Part shown: positions 63,501 through 64,000 of the stretch, in pieces | Layout of the letters: the number at the start of each line of letters is the position of its first letter | Numbering within the stretch: position 1 is the first letter of the stretch | NCBI GenBank assembly: GCA_028534125.1 | Contig: CM052817.1 | Location: 1,614,001 to 1,678,000, forward strand | Reading direction: 5' to 3' | Source: Lama glama | Taxonomy: Eukaryota | DNA: 64,000 bases | The notes under the pieces: generated by a model | What the model saw: the letters and a program-made list of their open reading frames with translations, nothing else | Told to the model about the DNA's origin: nothing | Databases searched by the model: none | Program-made: the position numbers and the translations under genes

Positions 63501-64000
63501 CTTAGAATTCAGAGTCAGTCCTTCCTCTGCAAATCAGCAACTCTTGCAGAGTTGTTTGAGCCAGTCTGAGGGAAGTCTGTGTAGCTTATGGCGCTGTCCT
63601 TATAAAAGTCGTGCTTGGTCGCTCTTCTGGATCCCTTGCATTTTCCTCAGCTGGATTTGGGAAGTCTTTGGTGTGGAGTTGGGGAGTCAGGAAGATGATG
63701 CTTACGGCTCTATCCTGTTTTCTCATTTCCCCCCCCCAGAGTGCTCTCTGATACATTGTCTCATTAGATTACGGAAACATTTTTACTTCATAGATGAAGA
63801 CCTCATAAGTGTTGAAGTTATACACTGGAACGAGTGGGTCTGACCACTGGGACCTGACTCAGTGGCCTGTCCACTGCCCACTACTGACCCTTGAACTGGA
63901 GAATGCTCTGGTCAGCGTAGGAAGACCACTTAGTGAGAAGCAATTAAGAGCGCAGTCTCTAAACCATAGTCTTAATTTCATATTCTTGCTTCTCCACTTA

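Overview
Mammalian (eutherian) genomic DNA, most likely from a camelid, judged from four tRNA-derived SINEs of Vic-1 type. The GC-rich left half holds the complete coding sequence of SH3BP2 (3BP2, PH - Pro-rich - SH2 adaptor, the cherubism gene) on the + strand. It has 12 common coding exons (16870-26995; 1704 nt spliced, 567 aa), two alternative coding first exons (9576-9658 and 15006-15169) that splice in frame, and a poly(A) signal at 27433. About 9.5 kb of repeat-rich spacer (L1 and ERVL remnants) follows, then a CpG-island promoter and non-coding exon 1 of ADD1 (alpha-adducin). The AT-rich ADD1 intron 1 fills the rest of the window and carries an antisense, full-length HSPE1 processed pseudogene with an 18-bp target-site duplication. 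Nearly all ORFs in the supplied track are GC-rich or repeat artefacts. I found no evidence of a new biological system. The most notable unexplained structures are a ~320-bp direct repeat bracketing the SH3BP2 start-codon exon, an obligatory GC-AG intron, and two 15-nt in-frame micro-duplications in SH3BP2. Comparisons to human sequences and repeat consensuses are from memory, not database searches.
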